Below are positions 28,263 to 42,008 of a DNA stretch of 64,000 bases, in pieces. The DNA is from the human T2T-CHM13v2.0 reference genome, Homo sapiens. A program made the translations under genes and the position numbers. Below the pieces are notes generated by a model. It saw only the letters and a program-made list of their open reading frames with translations. It had not been told where the DNA came from and did no database searches. Location of the stretch: assembly GCF_009914755.1 (NCBI RefSeq), contig NC_060936.1; one strand, 5' to 3'. Numbering within the stretch: the stretch's first letter is position 1; every line of letters starts with the position of its first letter.

Positions 28263-29269
28263 CTATCATCATCTCCAACAGGAAATACTTTGTACAGGCT
28301 TGCTTGCCAGGGACCTGAACTGGCTGTCGTTGACCAAATTTAATAAACGTGCTCACTGCAAGTGGCGCTCCAGCTGATCCTGGCTTGGGGCTCTCTGCAC
28401 TGCTCCAAATCAGGCAGCCAGGCCAAAAGAAGATATGTAGAGTCCATGGGGAACAAAGCGAGGCAAGGTCTGCTGAGCAAGGCATGGCTTAGAGGGAAAA
28501 GTGGGGTTGTGGGGAGAAGCTACAAGGAGACAGAATAAAATAATGAAGAGGAGTGCTGCCAGGCACCTGGCCCAGCTGAGGAAGCCTCTGAGGTGCGCAT
28601 GCCAAATCTCAGCAGCTCCAAGCCCAGCTCCCAGAATAGCTGGAAGGAGGCACACTGCCAGCGAGCCACTTATTACAGCCAGAGCTGGGAGCACTTAATC
28701 AGATGCATCCGGTTTGTGTTCACAAGATATTAGGCGGAAATATGTGGTCAACTGCAATGAATTGGCATGCCCTGTAGTGGGCCAGCCATTGCCGGAAGCC
28801 ATGTCTCCCACAAATTGAAACCTAATCTTTCTCTCCTCTAAGTGCCTGCCACAACTAACTGATTATGTACATTTAATCTCTGTCTGATATACTATCTAAG
28901 GAAGAGGAAATATTTCTTTTTTGTGATGGCTCTATGGAATTGAGAGTGCATAAAGCTAGTAGGACCACATACATGGAACACCCAGGGCAGGTATCCATCA
29001 GATAAGGCCAGTCTCCGACCTCCAGCAGGTTACTACACAGTGAATGTCACCTGATGCATCAGGCCCAGGAAGGCTGGCATAGAAAACGTGAAAACATCAT
29101 GGAGAGGGTTAAGATGACCCTAAGGATTGCTGCCAGGAATTCCCACAAATGACATATCATTGTTGCTAGTTGGCTCCAAAGTCCTCCTGAATTAAGAGCT
29201 AACAGTTGGCGATCTCAGTGTATTTGGGGTGTTTACTATTCTTTTGAGTATTTTTTTTCTCCTAAAATT

Positions 29270-29683
29270 GCATTGCAGACACTCCTGGTGTCCTGTCCAG
29301 ATTCCCTTACCAGGCCAGTGCACTCATCAACCAGTCGCTGTGACTGTTCCAGAGGATTGCCACCTTACCAGGACATGACTGGAAAAATTGTACTAATCCC
29401 ACAAGTGTCCTATGGCCTGTGGCAGACTGAAGTGAGGTTACAACAGTTCAGCCACCTCACCCATGGGCAACGCAAACTTTTTATTGCATTTAAACATCAA
29501 AATTCCTTGGGGGATCAGTCTGAAGCTAATATTCTCCTAAAACCTTGATTTACCTAGCTTATCTTGCCCTATCTTGCTTCCCTTCCTCCCCTATAGCTTT
29601 GTCCTGAAAGTGTTCCCTCAGTAATTCACCTGGACAAAAATCCCTGCCTCAGGCTCTGCTTCTCAGAACCCTGGCCTAAAACA
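29270..29683 (+). mobile_element. ERVL LTR16-like solo LTR
   Basis: ccagattcccttaccaggccagtgcac...aaatccctgcctcaggctctgcttct...ctaaaaca. Confidence 0.65.
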
Positions 29684-32149
29684 GCATGTAAAATCCTTGT
29701 CAGCAAAGACCTTATAGTAAACACACGCCACCAGAGCAATACAATGCAGTTTCCCCAATCTCAGCTATTCATACACACTGCCTACATTATTTTCCCATAT
29801 TTGCATATTGCTTATACAGCTATTTACCTAACAGTTGTTTGTAAGTAGTTTTCAAACTAACTCCTTTTTCAAAAAACTAGCCTTACCCTAAAAAAATCAT
29901 AATTCTGCAACCCTGATTTTGAGGCACTAATGAGATTTACCAATTACACAGTGAAATAATGTGTGTATATACATTTACATATGGGCATTAATCTATGTAT
30001 AACTTAAAATTATTCCATCTTTCACCATGAATTATATGTACATGAACCACATCTTTAAAAACATCATAAAATGAAAAGCATGGTTTGTAAAATCTGTTAT
30101 TCTACTTTATAGTACTGCTACAGAGCTATCTCATATTGAAGGTAGAATAAATTCTTGCTGATGTTTCTAAATTCAATAAATACTTTTAAATTTTCTCTTA
30201 GCCCATGATCTTGCCAATAGTTCTAAGGGGGATGAGTGAAACATGACGTAAAAAGAGGAAAGAAGTATCAATTTTTTAAAATAAAGAAATAATTAAAAAA
30301 TCCTTAGCATTCTATCTTCAGTGCTTAGATTTTTCTGGGATCATCTGCTAATCTGCTCCTGTCACACAGGAACACTTTACTCAATGATTGAATTGACAGT
30401 GACTTGCAAGGAAAGAGGAGCTTCCAGAAACTTGAATTTCCTATTGCAAGGATGATTATCTGACATCATGAAACTCAGATACTCCTTTCAGAAAAGGAAG
30501 AGCCATTGGCAGCCATTATGGCAGGTTTTGGACCATACAGGAATGCTTGACATTGCACATTTTCCTCCAAGTTGTAGCAATGAGTTAAACCGCATGACCC
30601 TCACAAAGAGTATTTCAATGTGGAAGGTAAAAAGCCAACTGTCAACAAAATACTTTAGAGTCAGGATTTTGATTCTCATCTCCAGCGTAATGTCTTTTCT
30701 GATCCATTCATCCTTCATACATTCTTTTGGGAACAATCTAGTACTGAGGAAGTAGAAGCCTAAAGACCACAGTATCTTGAAATACATGCTTTGCACAGTT
30801 GCAAAGGTTGCCAAAATCATACATTTCAAACCTGACAGGACAAGTTTAAAATTAGACACTACAGAAACATTGCACCTCTAAATCAGGGAAATGAGTGCAA
30901 GCTTGGTATTAAAAAAACCTACTTAACTGTCATAAAATTCTTTCCAAAACTAAAACCTGTTCTTTAGAAAGTAATTCTTCATGTTTTTATCCACCTGGAC
31001 ATGCTTCATTGAATGACAAGATCTGCTGACAGCAGAACTTCAGCTCCATTAATGTATCGATTAATATATCTGTGCATAGAATTTCCTGGTACTGGGTATA
31101 GGATTTCTCTGATGCAGGAAAGTACATCAATTTGGTCTTATTCTTTAACTGGCAAGGAGTTTTCTTTTACAAGAGATTTGGTTATATATTCCAGTAGTAG
31201 TTACATGAGTTTAATTTTTTTAAGTGCAATCCCTATATGTCCCTTCATTCTCAGAAGGTTTTCTTCTTAAAGGCTCGTTATTGTGACAGTAGTTGCCTGA
31301 GTGATCTGTCTGCTTCCATTACTCAATAGCTATAGCCTTAGGAGTCTAATTCTGTCCTTTCTTGTAGCTCTCTAATTTAGCTGAGTGTATCAACAAGAGA
31401 CATTATACCTTAAAGCCAAGCCAATCCTCTCTCCATGGTGGAATGTGGACCAAAATATAAGAACTTTTAATTATATATTTTAAATTTAAAAAATAAGAAA
31501 GTAAGCTTTTCTAACACATCATATATGGATTTATACTGGTGTCCTAATGTATTCATATGGAAAAGAAGCAAGTGTCACATATGGTCACCAAGGCATGCTG
31601 GGAGAAAGGCAGAAATTCTAAGTATAGAGGAGGGGTCAGTGCTGGCTTCATGCCATAGACTTCATGCCATCTTGCAAAAAACATGGACTAAACATAATAC
31701 CAATAATTCACAGACAAAGAAAAATTGGCAGAAACTTCCATTTCTAATTTGATCTCTTTATAAGCACATCAAAAGGTTGAAAACAATGAGGATGTAATTA
31801 GATAAGACAGGAAGTAAGCCAAAATGATTTGAAATTATCCAGGCTGTTTGAATCTCATGCTAGGTGTGTTTGCTGCTTTGAAATGTTTGCAAATGATAAT
31901 GTGGAGCCATCATGATTAGTGAGACGTTTGGGATCTGAGCATCCAGAGAACGCACACAAACATTTACAATTTTTTTCCAGTGATGTTTCAAGCTGCATTA
32001 AGCCCAATTTGCTGACCTGTTCAGGGAGAACTAGTGATTTTCAGTAATGTGCTACCCAGAAGATATATTTCTCAAAATAAATATATAATCTATTCCTTCA
32101 AGGTAAAGGTGAGTTTTTTTTAACAAAGAGTGAGAACCTACCTGTTTTT

Positions 32150-33356
32150 TTTTTGTTTTTTTTTTATTATACTTTAAGTTTTAGGGTACATGTGCACATT
32201 GTGCAGGTTAGTTACATATGTATACATGTGCCATGCTGGTGCGCTGCACCCACTAACTCGTCATCTAGCATTAGGTATATCTCCCAATGCTATCCCTCCC
32301 CCCTCCCCCCACCCCACCACAGTCCCCAGAGTGTGATATTCCCCTTCCTGTGTCCATGTGATCTCATTGTTCAATTCCCACCTATGAGTGAGAATATGCA
32401 GTGTTTGGTTTTTTGTTCTTGCGATAGTTTACTGAGAACGATGATTTCCAATTTCATCCATGTCCCTACAAAGGACATGAACTCATCATTTTTTATGGCT
32501 GCATAGTATTCCATGGTGTATATGTGCCACATTTTCTTAATCCAGTCTATCATTGTTGGACATCTGGGTTGGTTCCAAGTCTTTGCTATTGTGAATAATG
32601 CCGCAACAAACATACGTGTGCATGTGTCTTTATAGCAGCATGATTTATAGTCATTTGGGTATATACCCAGTAATGGGATGGCTGGGTCAAATGGTATTTC
32701 TAGTTCTAGATCCCTGAGGAATCGCCACACTGACTTCCACAATGGTTGAACTAGTTTACAGTCCCACCAACAGTGTAAAAGTGTTCCTATTTCTCCACAT
32801 CCTCTCCAGCACCTGTTGTTTCCTGACTTTTTTAATGATTGCCATTCTAACTGGTGTGAGATGGTATGTAGAAAGCTGAAACTGGATCCCTTCCTTACAC
32901 CTTATACAAAAATCAATTCAAGATGGATTAAAGATTTAAACGTTAGACCTAAAACCATAAAAACCCTAGAAGAAAACCTAGGCATTACCATTCAGGACAT
33001 AGGCATGGGCAAGGACTTCATGTCCAAAACACCAAAAGCAATGGCAACAAAAGACAAAACTGACAAATGGGATCTAATTAAACTAAAGAGCTTCTGCACA
33101 GCAAAAGAAACTACCATCAGAGTGAACAGGCAACCTGCAAATTGGGAGAAAATTTTCGCAACCTACTCATCTGACAAAGGGCTAATATCCAGAATCTACA
33201 ATGAACTCAAACAAATTTACAAGAAAAAAACAAACAACCCCATCAAAAAGTGGGTGAAGGACATGAACAGACACTTCTCAAAAGAAGACATTTATGCAGC
33301 CAAAAAACACATGAAAAAATGCTCATCATCACTGGCCATCAGAGAAATGCAAATCA
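32150..33356 (-). mobile_element. Young 5'-truncated, 5'-inverted L1PA2 (twin priming): minus segment 32150-32867, inverted plus segment 32865-33356
   Basis: 17-bp TSD agaacctacctgttttt (32133-32149, 33356-33372); EN site TTTT/AA; poly-T; 3'UTR diagnostics GAG and A (not the Ta ACA/G); open ORF2 C-terminal peptides in both segments. Confidence 0.96.
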
Positions 33357-33816
33357 GAACCTACCTGTTTTTAAAGGGACTTGTCATGCAAAATATATTT
33401 GAGAACTGCTATCAGCTAATGTTTGGATCACTATGTGATTTTGTTGCTGAAAATCATGTCACTTACGAAAACTCTCATATCTGCATGCTTAAAAATACAG
33501 CCATAAATTTATTATTTAACCTATATCAAAAATATCCCAAATAGTTTTGATGGATTTTGAATATTTTTAAAAATAGAAATACAACATATTACTACTTATT
33601 TTCAAGAGTGATCAACATCAGGGAAAATAGAAATACAATAACTGAATTTTAACGAAAACCTTTGTGTAATTGATGGGTGGAATATAAAAATCAGTATCAT
33701 AATACAATAAGCATAGACAACTCTGTACTTCATTTATTTAGTTCTCTAAATATTTGAGGATATTTTAAAAGATATGATAGCCATTACAATCAATTTCTAA
33801 AATGAACAGAAATGAG

Positions 33817-36800
33817 AAACTTCCACTTCTTCCAAAAATGGACTAATGGAAAACAGATTTACCATCCTACTTGAAATGGGGGGAAAAACCAGAGAAAATA
33901 AATAAAACCAAGATTTTCATGACATTGGACATCAGGCAACAAAAAACAGTGATCCATGACAAATGGGAAACAAATAAGATAAGCCTCAGTGGATTCCAGC
34001 TTACTGCCTTCAGAGAAATTCCAGGCAGCAACTTAAGGAGGGGAAACATGGACAGAGTCAAGTGAACTCCCTGAATTGAGGGAATAAGCTGAGAGTCCAT
34101 AAAATCCAAGGTGGCTAGACTTTGCAAAGCAGAGTAGCAGAAAAGAGAAAGCTACAAAGTGAGAGGACCCCAAAGACCTGCAGAGGATACATCCTCAAGC
34201 GATAAGTAGAATGCTCATTAGTGCATGTATGTGAGGAAATTACCCAGTTCCAGGGAAGAACCACCTGAAAGGATTAGAGAGAACAACAGCCAGTGCTCAT
34301 ACAGGACTGGGAACAGTGCTAGTTTCCACCAGCCAGCCTGGAAAACTTCATAAATACCAGTGCATTTGTTAGAGGACTCAAAAAGAGTCTTGCCTCAGGA
34401 AGGTGAATAATTAGTGTGCTCAGGTTCCACCTGCCAAATCAAAAACTGTCTCAACAGGATGAGCTGTTTTGCACTAACTTAACTGTATCACAGAACTAAA
34501 TTCAAGAATATATGTCACAACACAAAATATACACTACCCAATAATGTAAAGTTTATCATTTCTGATGCCCATTCAAAAATTACTTAACACCTAAAGAAGC
34601 AGGTTGCAATCCATGCAAAAGACAAAAATCAATTTAGTGAAGCTGATCCAGAACCGTCAGAAGTTTTAGTTAGCAGACAACATCTAACATTTATTATAAC
34701 TGTATTCCATATGTTGAAAAGTTAAGTAGAAACATGAAAGATACTTTTTAAAAGACCCAAGTAAAGTCCTTGGAAATGGAAGCAATAATACCCATAGTGA
34801 AAACTAAACTAGATAGGAGAAACAACAGATTAGATATTGCTGAAAAAATATTACTGAATTTAAAGACATAGTAATAGAAACTTCCTGAAATGAAACAGAT
34901 TAGAAAAGGAAAAAAGCATCACTGCTCTGTGGAACAATTTCAAGAAGCCTAATAGTCATGTAATTGGAGTCCTCAAAGGAGATGGGAGGGAGGAGAAGAA
35001 ATATAAGATGAAATATGGATAAGTTTTTCTTCCAAATCTGAAGAAATATATAATATAAATGCACGGATCCAATAATCTCAATAAATACTAAGTATATGTT
35101 GAGAGATATGAAGAAAATCACACCAAAATACATCATGTGCAAACTGCTCAAAACCAATGATAAATAGAAAATTCTAAAAGCAGCCTGAGAAGTGAGACAT
35201 GTTAGGTACAAAACAACAAGAATCAGCATAATGGTAGATTTCTCATTAGAAACAATTAAGTGAGAAATAAATGGAGTGAAATCTTTAAAGTACTGAAAGA
35301 AAAATACTACCAGCCAAATTTTATACCCAGATAAAATATATTTGAAAATGAAGACAAAATAAAGACTTTTTAACACATAAAAATTTAAAGAATTTATCTA
35401 CAACTACTTAAACTTTAATAAATATTCAAGAAAGTCCTTTAGGAAGAATTAAAATTACAGCAGATGGAAATGTGGGTCTACACAAAGATACGAAGAGCAC
35501 TGGAAATGGTACCTATGCAGGGAAATCTATAAGATTGTTTCCTTATTATTTACATGTCCTTAAAGAGTAATAGACTATTTAAACAAAAATAATTACAATG
35601 TACTGGTAATAAAATATGTACAAATAAAATATGTAACACAAGGATGGGAAAAGAAAAATGAAAGTATACTGCTACTATAAGTTTCTTATACTATACATGA
35701 AGTAGTATGATGTTATCAGAAAAAAGGACTGTGATAAGATAAAGATGTATACTATAAACCTTAAACCAACCAGTAAAGTAATACAAAAAGAATTATAGCT
35801 AATAAGTCAAAAAGTAGATAAACTCAAATTATAGAAATTTATGATTTATCCAAAGGAAGATAAGAAAGGGATAAAATGGAAACAAAGAACAGATAAACCA
35901 AAGATAAAATAAGATCATACATTTAAACCCAACCATATTAATAATCTTATTAAATTGGATTTATGTAAATACCCATTAAAATGTGAAGATTGACAGGTTT
36001 GATAAAAAAAAAAGCAAAACCTATCTGTATGTTTTCTGTGAGAAACACTTCAAAAATAAAGACAGAGTAGGTTAAAAGTAAAAGGATAGGAAAAGATATA
36101 CCATGCGTACACTAATCCAAAGAGATGGGCATGGCTATGCTAGTATCAGGCAGAATATGTTTCAGAGCAAATATTAACATGGATAGAGTCATTTCACAAT
36201 TGTAAAAAGCTCAATCTACCCAGAGAACATAACAATCCTAAGTTTTTGTATCCCTAATAACAGAGCTTTGTATACATGAAAAAAGATTGATAAAATTGTT
36301 AGGAGAAATAGACATATCTATAATTATTGTTTGAGACGTCAACACCACTTTCTCAATAGCTACTAGAACTATAGACAACATAAGTATATAGAAGACTTGA
36401 ATAACACTACCAACCAACTTGACCTATTTGACGTCTATATGATATTCCACCTAACAGCAACAGAATACACTTTATTTTCAAGTGCACAAGGAATATTTAC
36501 TACAATAGACCATATTTTGGGCCTAACCTTTGATAAAGTTAAAAAGATTTAGGTCAGAAAAAATACTTTCTCTGGGCACAATGACTTAAATAAAAAAACT
36601 AATAACAGAACAGGAAGATCTCTGGAAAAGTACTCAAATGTTTGTAAATAAGCCCATGGATCAAGAAAAAAATCAAAGGCAGAAATTATAAAGTATTTTG
36701 AGCTAAACATAAATGAAAACACAATATACCAACATTCATGAGATGCACCTAAATCAGTGATTCTCGGCTTGGGTAATTTTGCCCACTTGCTTTCAGGGGA

Positions 36801-38447
36801 CATTTAGTAATGTCTATAGACATTTTGATTGTCATAATGGTGGGGAAGAGGAGAGATGCTACTGGCATCTAGTAGGAAGGAATCAGAGATTCTGCTAAAC
36901 CTCCTACAATGCACAGGATAGCTCCCCATAATAAAGCAGTATCTAGCCCCAAAATGTCAATAGTACCTCTATCGAGAAATCTTGATCTCAACCAATAACA
37001 AGGGAAAACTTTATAGCACTAAACACCTATATTTAAAAAGAACAAAAACCAAATAAATGAACTCAGCTCCTGCTTTAAGAAACTAAAAGATCAAATTAAA
37101 CCCAAAGCAAAAGAAAAGAAATAATAAAGGCTTGAGCAGAAATCAATTTTTTAAATGGAAAAACAATAGGTAAAATCAATAAAACCTAAAGTTGGTTTAT
37201 TCTGAAGATCAACAATATTTATAAACATCTAGCCAAACCGATCAGGAAAAAGAAGAAGACACAAATTATCATATCAGAAATAAAAGAGAAATTAAAATAA
37301 TAATAAGTTCATTCAAGGAAAAATAGATACCTTGCATAGACCTATACCTATAAAAGAGATTAGAATTTTAATTACAAGGCTTCCAAATAAGAAAATTATA
37401 GGCCTGGATGGCTTCACTGGTAGATTCATGCAAACATTTAAGAAAGATATAATACCAATTCTATACAAACTCCTTCAGAATATAAATGGAACTTCATCGC
37501 AAATTGTGCTATAACAAAGTTACTCTGATACCATAACCACACAATGACATTACAAGAAAATAAACTATATTACAATATCCTTCAGGAGCATAGGTGCAAA
37601 AAAATCCAAAAATTATTTTTTAAATTCTTAACAGTGTTTATGTATTGGAAGAGTCAATATTGTCAAGATTTCAATCCTTTCCCAAGTTAATTTACAGATT
37701 CAAGGCAGTCTCAATCAAACTGCAGCAGGCTTTTATAGAAATTAACAAGCTGATTCTCAAGTTCATAGGAAAATGGGGGAGACTTAGAACAGCAAAGCAA
37801 CCTTTAAAAAGAACAAAGTTGGAGGACTAGTACTACCAGTTTTCAAAACTTGTAAAGCTGCAGTAATCAAGATAGCATATTATTAACCTCAAAATTGACA
37901 AATAGATTTGTGGGACCTGTACAAAGTTCAGAAATAAACTCATGCATATAAGGACAACTTATTTTTCACAAAAGTGCAAAAGCAATTTATTGGACAAAGT
38001 TTTTTTTTCAGAAAATAATGCTGAAAAAATGTTCCTATTTTTTAAAAACAGAACGTTAATCCATACTTTATATACAAAAATTAACTCAAAATGGATCACA
38101 GACTAACTGCTGGAAGAAAACATGTGAGAAAATCTTTTTGACCTAGGGTAAGGCAAAGATTTTTTTGATTCAACACCAAAAACATGATTCAAAGATTTAA
38201 AAAAATGACAACTTGAACTACATTAAAATAAACACTTTCTATTATTTGAAAGACACTGTTAAGAGAATGAACAAAAAGAAATAGAGTGGATTAAAATATT
38301 TGCAAATTGCATAGGATAAAGAAATTTTATCTAAATATATAAATAACTCTTGGAACAAATAATAAGAAAATTAACAACTTAAACAAAAAAGGGGGAAAAG
38401 GTTTGAACAGACAGTTTACCAAATAAGATAAATGGATGGCAAATAAA
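33817..38447 (+). mobile_element. Old L1 (L1MC/L1MD-type) from its 5' end through ORF2, broken at an inversion breakpoint
   Basis: acttccacttct... 5' end, ORF1 and EN/RT remnants (GLDGFTGRF), stops at ggatggcaaataa. Confidence 0.85.
36754..36985 (+). mobile_element. MER20 hAT MITE nested in L1
   Basis: cagtgattctc...ggggacattt...gctactggcatctagt...aaatgtcaatagt. Confidence 0.85.
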
Positions 38448-38576
38448 TACCTATGGTAAAATTAAATTTATAATTTAGGTACAGTAAGAGGTTAGCAATA
38501 ATAAATAATAAAGTGAAAATTATAATACATTGTAATAAAAATTGTTACTGTCATATCTCAATCTCTCTCTCTGTCA

Positions 38577-38617
<41 letters not shown>

Positions 38618-38713
38618 CATCTTATTATACAGTACTCATCTATTTTTGGACTGTGGTTGACTGTGGGTAACTGAAGCCACAGAAGGCAAAACCACAATAA
38701 GAGGTAACTACTG
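38448..38713 (-). mobile_element. MER44A (Tigger7 MITE) left part, inverted; contains a (CT)n(CA)n microsatellite at 38562-38616
   Basis: Reverse complement of the MER44A start (cagtagtt...cagttacccacagtcaaccacagtcc) followed by TA. Confidence 0.8.
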
Positions 38714-38715
38714 TA

Positions 38716-39005
38716 TATTTCTTTCCTAATCATTCTGGTTCTGCAGAAATAGCTATAGAATAGGTCTCAGTCTCATTAGACCAACTGTGAGATAGATTTG
38801 GCCAAGGTCAATCTGTTCCATTAGATCTTGTCCTTCATAAACTTCCACTCTGATAATCGTACTGATGTGTCATTATGAGTCTCCAAGTATTAATGTCTAT
38901 CCAGTCAGTATCTAATAATTCCTGGGAGCCCTGGACATTTTCCTGTTCCCATTTTACAGCTGCTCTAGTTAATGGCCATAGGTCTCTTTAGGGAAGGCTT
39001 GGGAC
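38716..39005 (-). mobile_element. ERVL internal remnant: protease region
   Basis: Minus strand PSLP*RDLWPLTRAAVKW...ELLDTD (active-site LLDTG homolog, 38904-38918)...LAKSISQLV/HLTVG-like...PE. Confidence 0.75.
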
Positions 39006-39199
39006 TGGCTGTAAAACGTGTTCTCCACTTTATTTGAGAAATTTAAAGCTTGTGAACTGAGGAGTGAAAACTAGCTGAGAAGCTGTAAACCCTTTCTGAA
39101 GGCTCATTAAAATTAAAATCTTAATTTTAACATTTTCTGATGTAGTGAGTCAAAGTCTAGGTTTAAATTTAGTTTTGTTTAAATATTTCTTTTTATTCT

Positions 39200-39335
39200 C
39201 AGTACTTGGGTGATGGGTACTGAGAATAAACTCCAAAGTTTGGAGTCAGCATCATGTAATATATTCAGGTAACAAACTTGTATATATATCCCCTGAATCT
39301 AAAATAAAAGTTGAAAAAGAAAAATAATAATAATA
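39200..39335 (+). mobile_element. Short L1 3' tail (L1PB/L1MA-like)
   Basis: tacttgggtgatggg...cccctgaatctaaaataaaagttgaaaaa. Confidence 0.7.
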
Positions 39336-39359
39336 AATTAAAAGATGGAAATGTTTCAA

Positions 39360-39880
39360 ATATATTTATTGGAGTACAGTTAATATGCATAAAGTGTGCA
39401 TATTTAAAATGCACAGTGTAATATTTTGACAAATGTACATACCCATGAAACCATCACTATAATCAAGATAATGAAAATACACATCATATTTTAAAGTTAC
39501 CATGTATCCCTTTGTAAACGCTCATTCCGGTCCCTCCTGCTTAATACTAAGGCAACCACTGATCTACTTTCCGTTATTATACGTTTGTTTGCGTTTTCTA
39601 GAATTTTCTATAAATGGAATCATACAGTACATACCATTTTGTGTATAGTTTCTTTCAGTCAGCATAATCATTTTAAGATTCATTCACGTTATTGCTTCTA
39701 TCAATAGTTCAATGCTAAATAGAATTCCACTACATAAATATGCCATGATTTGTTTATCCATTCACCTGTTGATGAATATTTCGATTGATTCCAGTTTGTG
39801 GGCTATTACAAATTAAACTGATATGAACATTCATGTACAAGTTTTTGAATGGACATATACCTTCATTTCTCTTGAGTGAA
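39360..39880 (-). mobile_element. L1MC/MD 3' end; the inverted continuation of the 33817-38447 element
   Basis: Reverse complement reads caagagaaatgaa...gaaagtagatcagtggttgcc...aataaa. Confidence 0.8.
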
Positions 39881-41204
<1,324 letters not shown>

Positions 41205-41302
41205 TATATGGGGTTTGGAACTATCCATGGTTTCAGGTATATAGTGTGGGCCTTGGAAGGTATCCTCCACAGTAAGGGGTCAGTGGGGGCGAGTAGCTAT
41301 TG
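41205..41302 (+). mobile_element. MER44A right part
   Basis: tatatggggtttggaactatccatggtttcagg...cttggaaggtatcc, MER44A 3' end. Confidence 0.75.
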
Positions 41303-42008
41303 TCATTGGTAAAAGACAGAAACTTTAGGTTGGTTCCCTGATTCATTGCTATTATGATATGAATGATCAAGTGAAAGTTCCTCCAATCAAACCCCTGTCC
41401 AACCCCTTCACCAAAGCAGTAAGTCAAAACCAACACCATGTCCTTAGCTGTATTAAAGAGATCAGTGCTACCATCTAAGAACTGAACATCTCTGGGTAGA
41501 GTTTTTACCATTTAACTTGCCCATTTGGCTGGTGCAGAGGCCAACACGTTCTGGGAGAATGACAGTGGGTTATTGACAACATAATCAGAGGTAATCCTAA
41601 TCACAGATGTAGCTCAGAATATGGTATCTTTATTACAGAAAATTAGCACAGCATCTGGCTCATAGTATGCAGCTGTTCTGGATATGGAAATGTCTTTTCT
41701 GTCTGCAGGGTTTCTATCCAGTAACCATTTGTAGACTTACAGAAAACCATCTTCATTGTTGTGATATCTCATTCAACATCACATCCAACTGGGATACCTT
41801 TATTGCCTAGAAAGTGCAGCAATGAGCTCTACTCACAATTCACTGATGTTTCACGTATCTTATCACCCAGAAAAACCAAGCAGTAGAATGGTCTGTTGAG
41901 AACTCATTATGGTACCAGCTGGCATGCAATTCCTTAAATATGGGTTGCTGTCCTTTTGGATATGATATGTGCCATCACCCAACCAACGGACGATGTATGG
42001 AATGCTTT
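41303..42008 (+). mobile_element. ERVL internal remnant: RT N-terminus fused to integrase core
   Basis: VGSL..KEISATI*EL..PFNLPIWLVQR..GRMTVGY*QHNQ..MVSLLQKISTASGS*YAAV; then integrase-like HVSYHPE...(W)NGLL... Confidence 0.8.

Noticed and set aside
26320-28352. Additional CTCF-like motifs (gaagagggcgcc ~26325; ctgcaagtggcgct ~28337)
   Set aside because: They mismatch at highly conserved core positions and are too weak to report.
32150-33356. Active L1Hs-Ta element
   Set aside because: The 3'UTR has GAG and A at the Ta-diagnostic positions, and the element is only ~1.2 kb, truncated and inverted.
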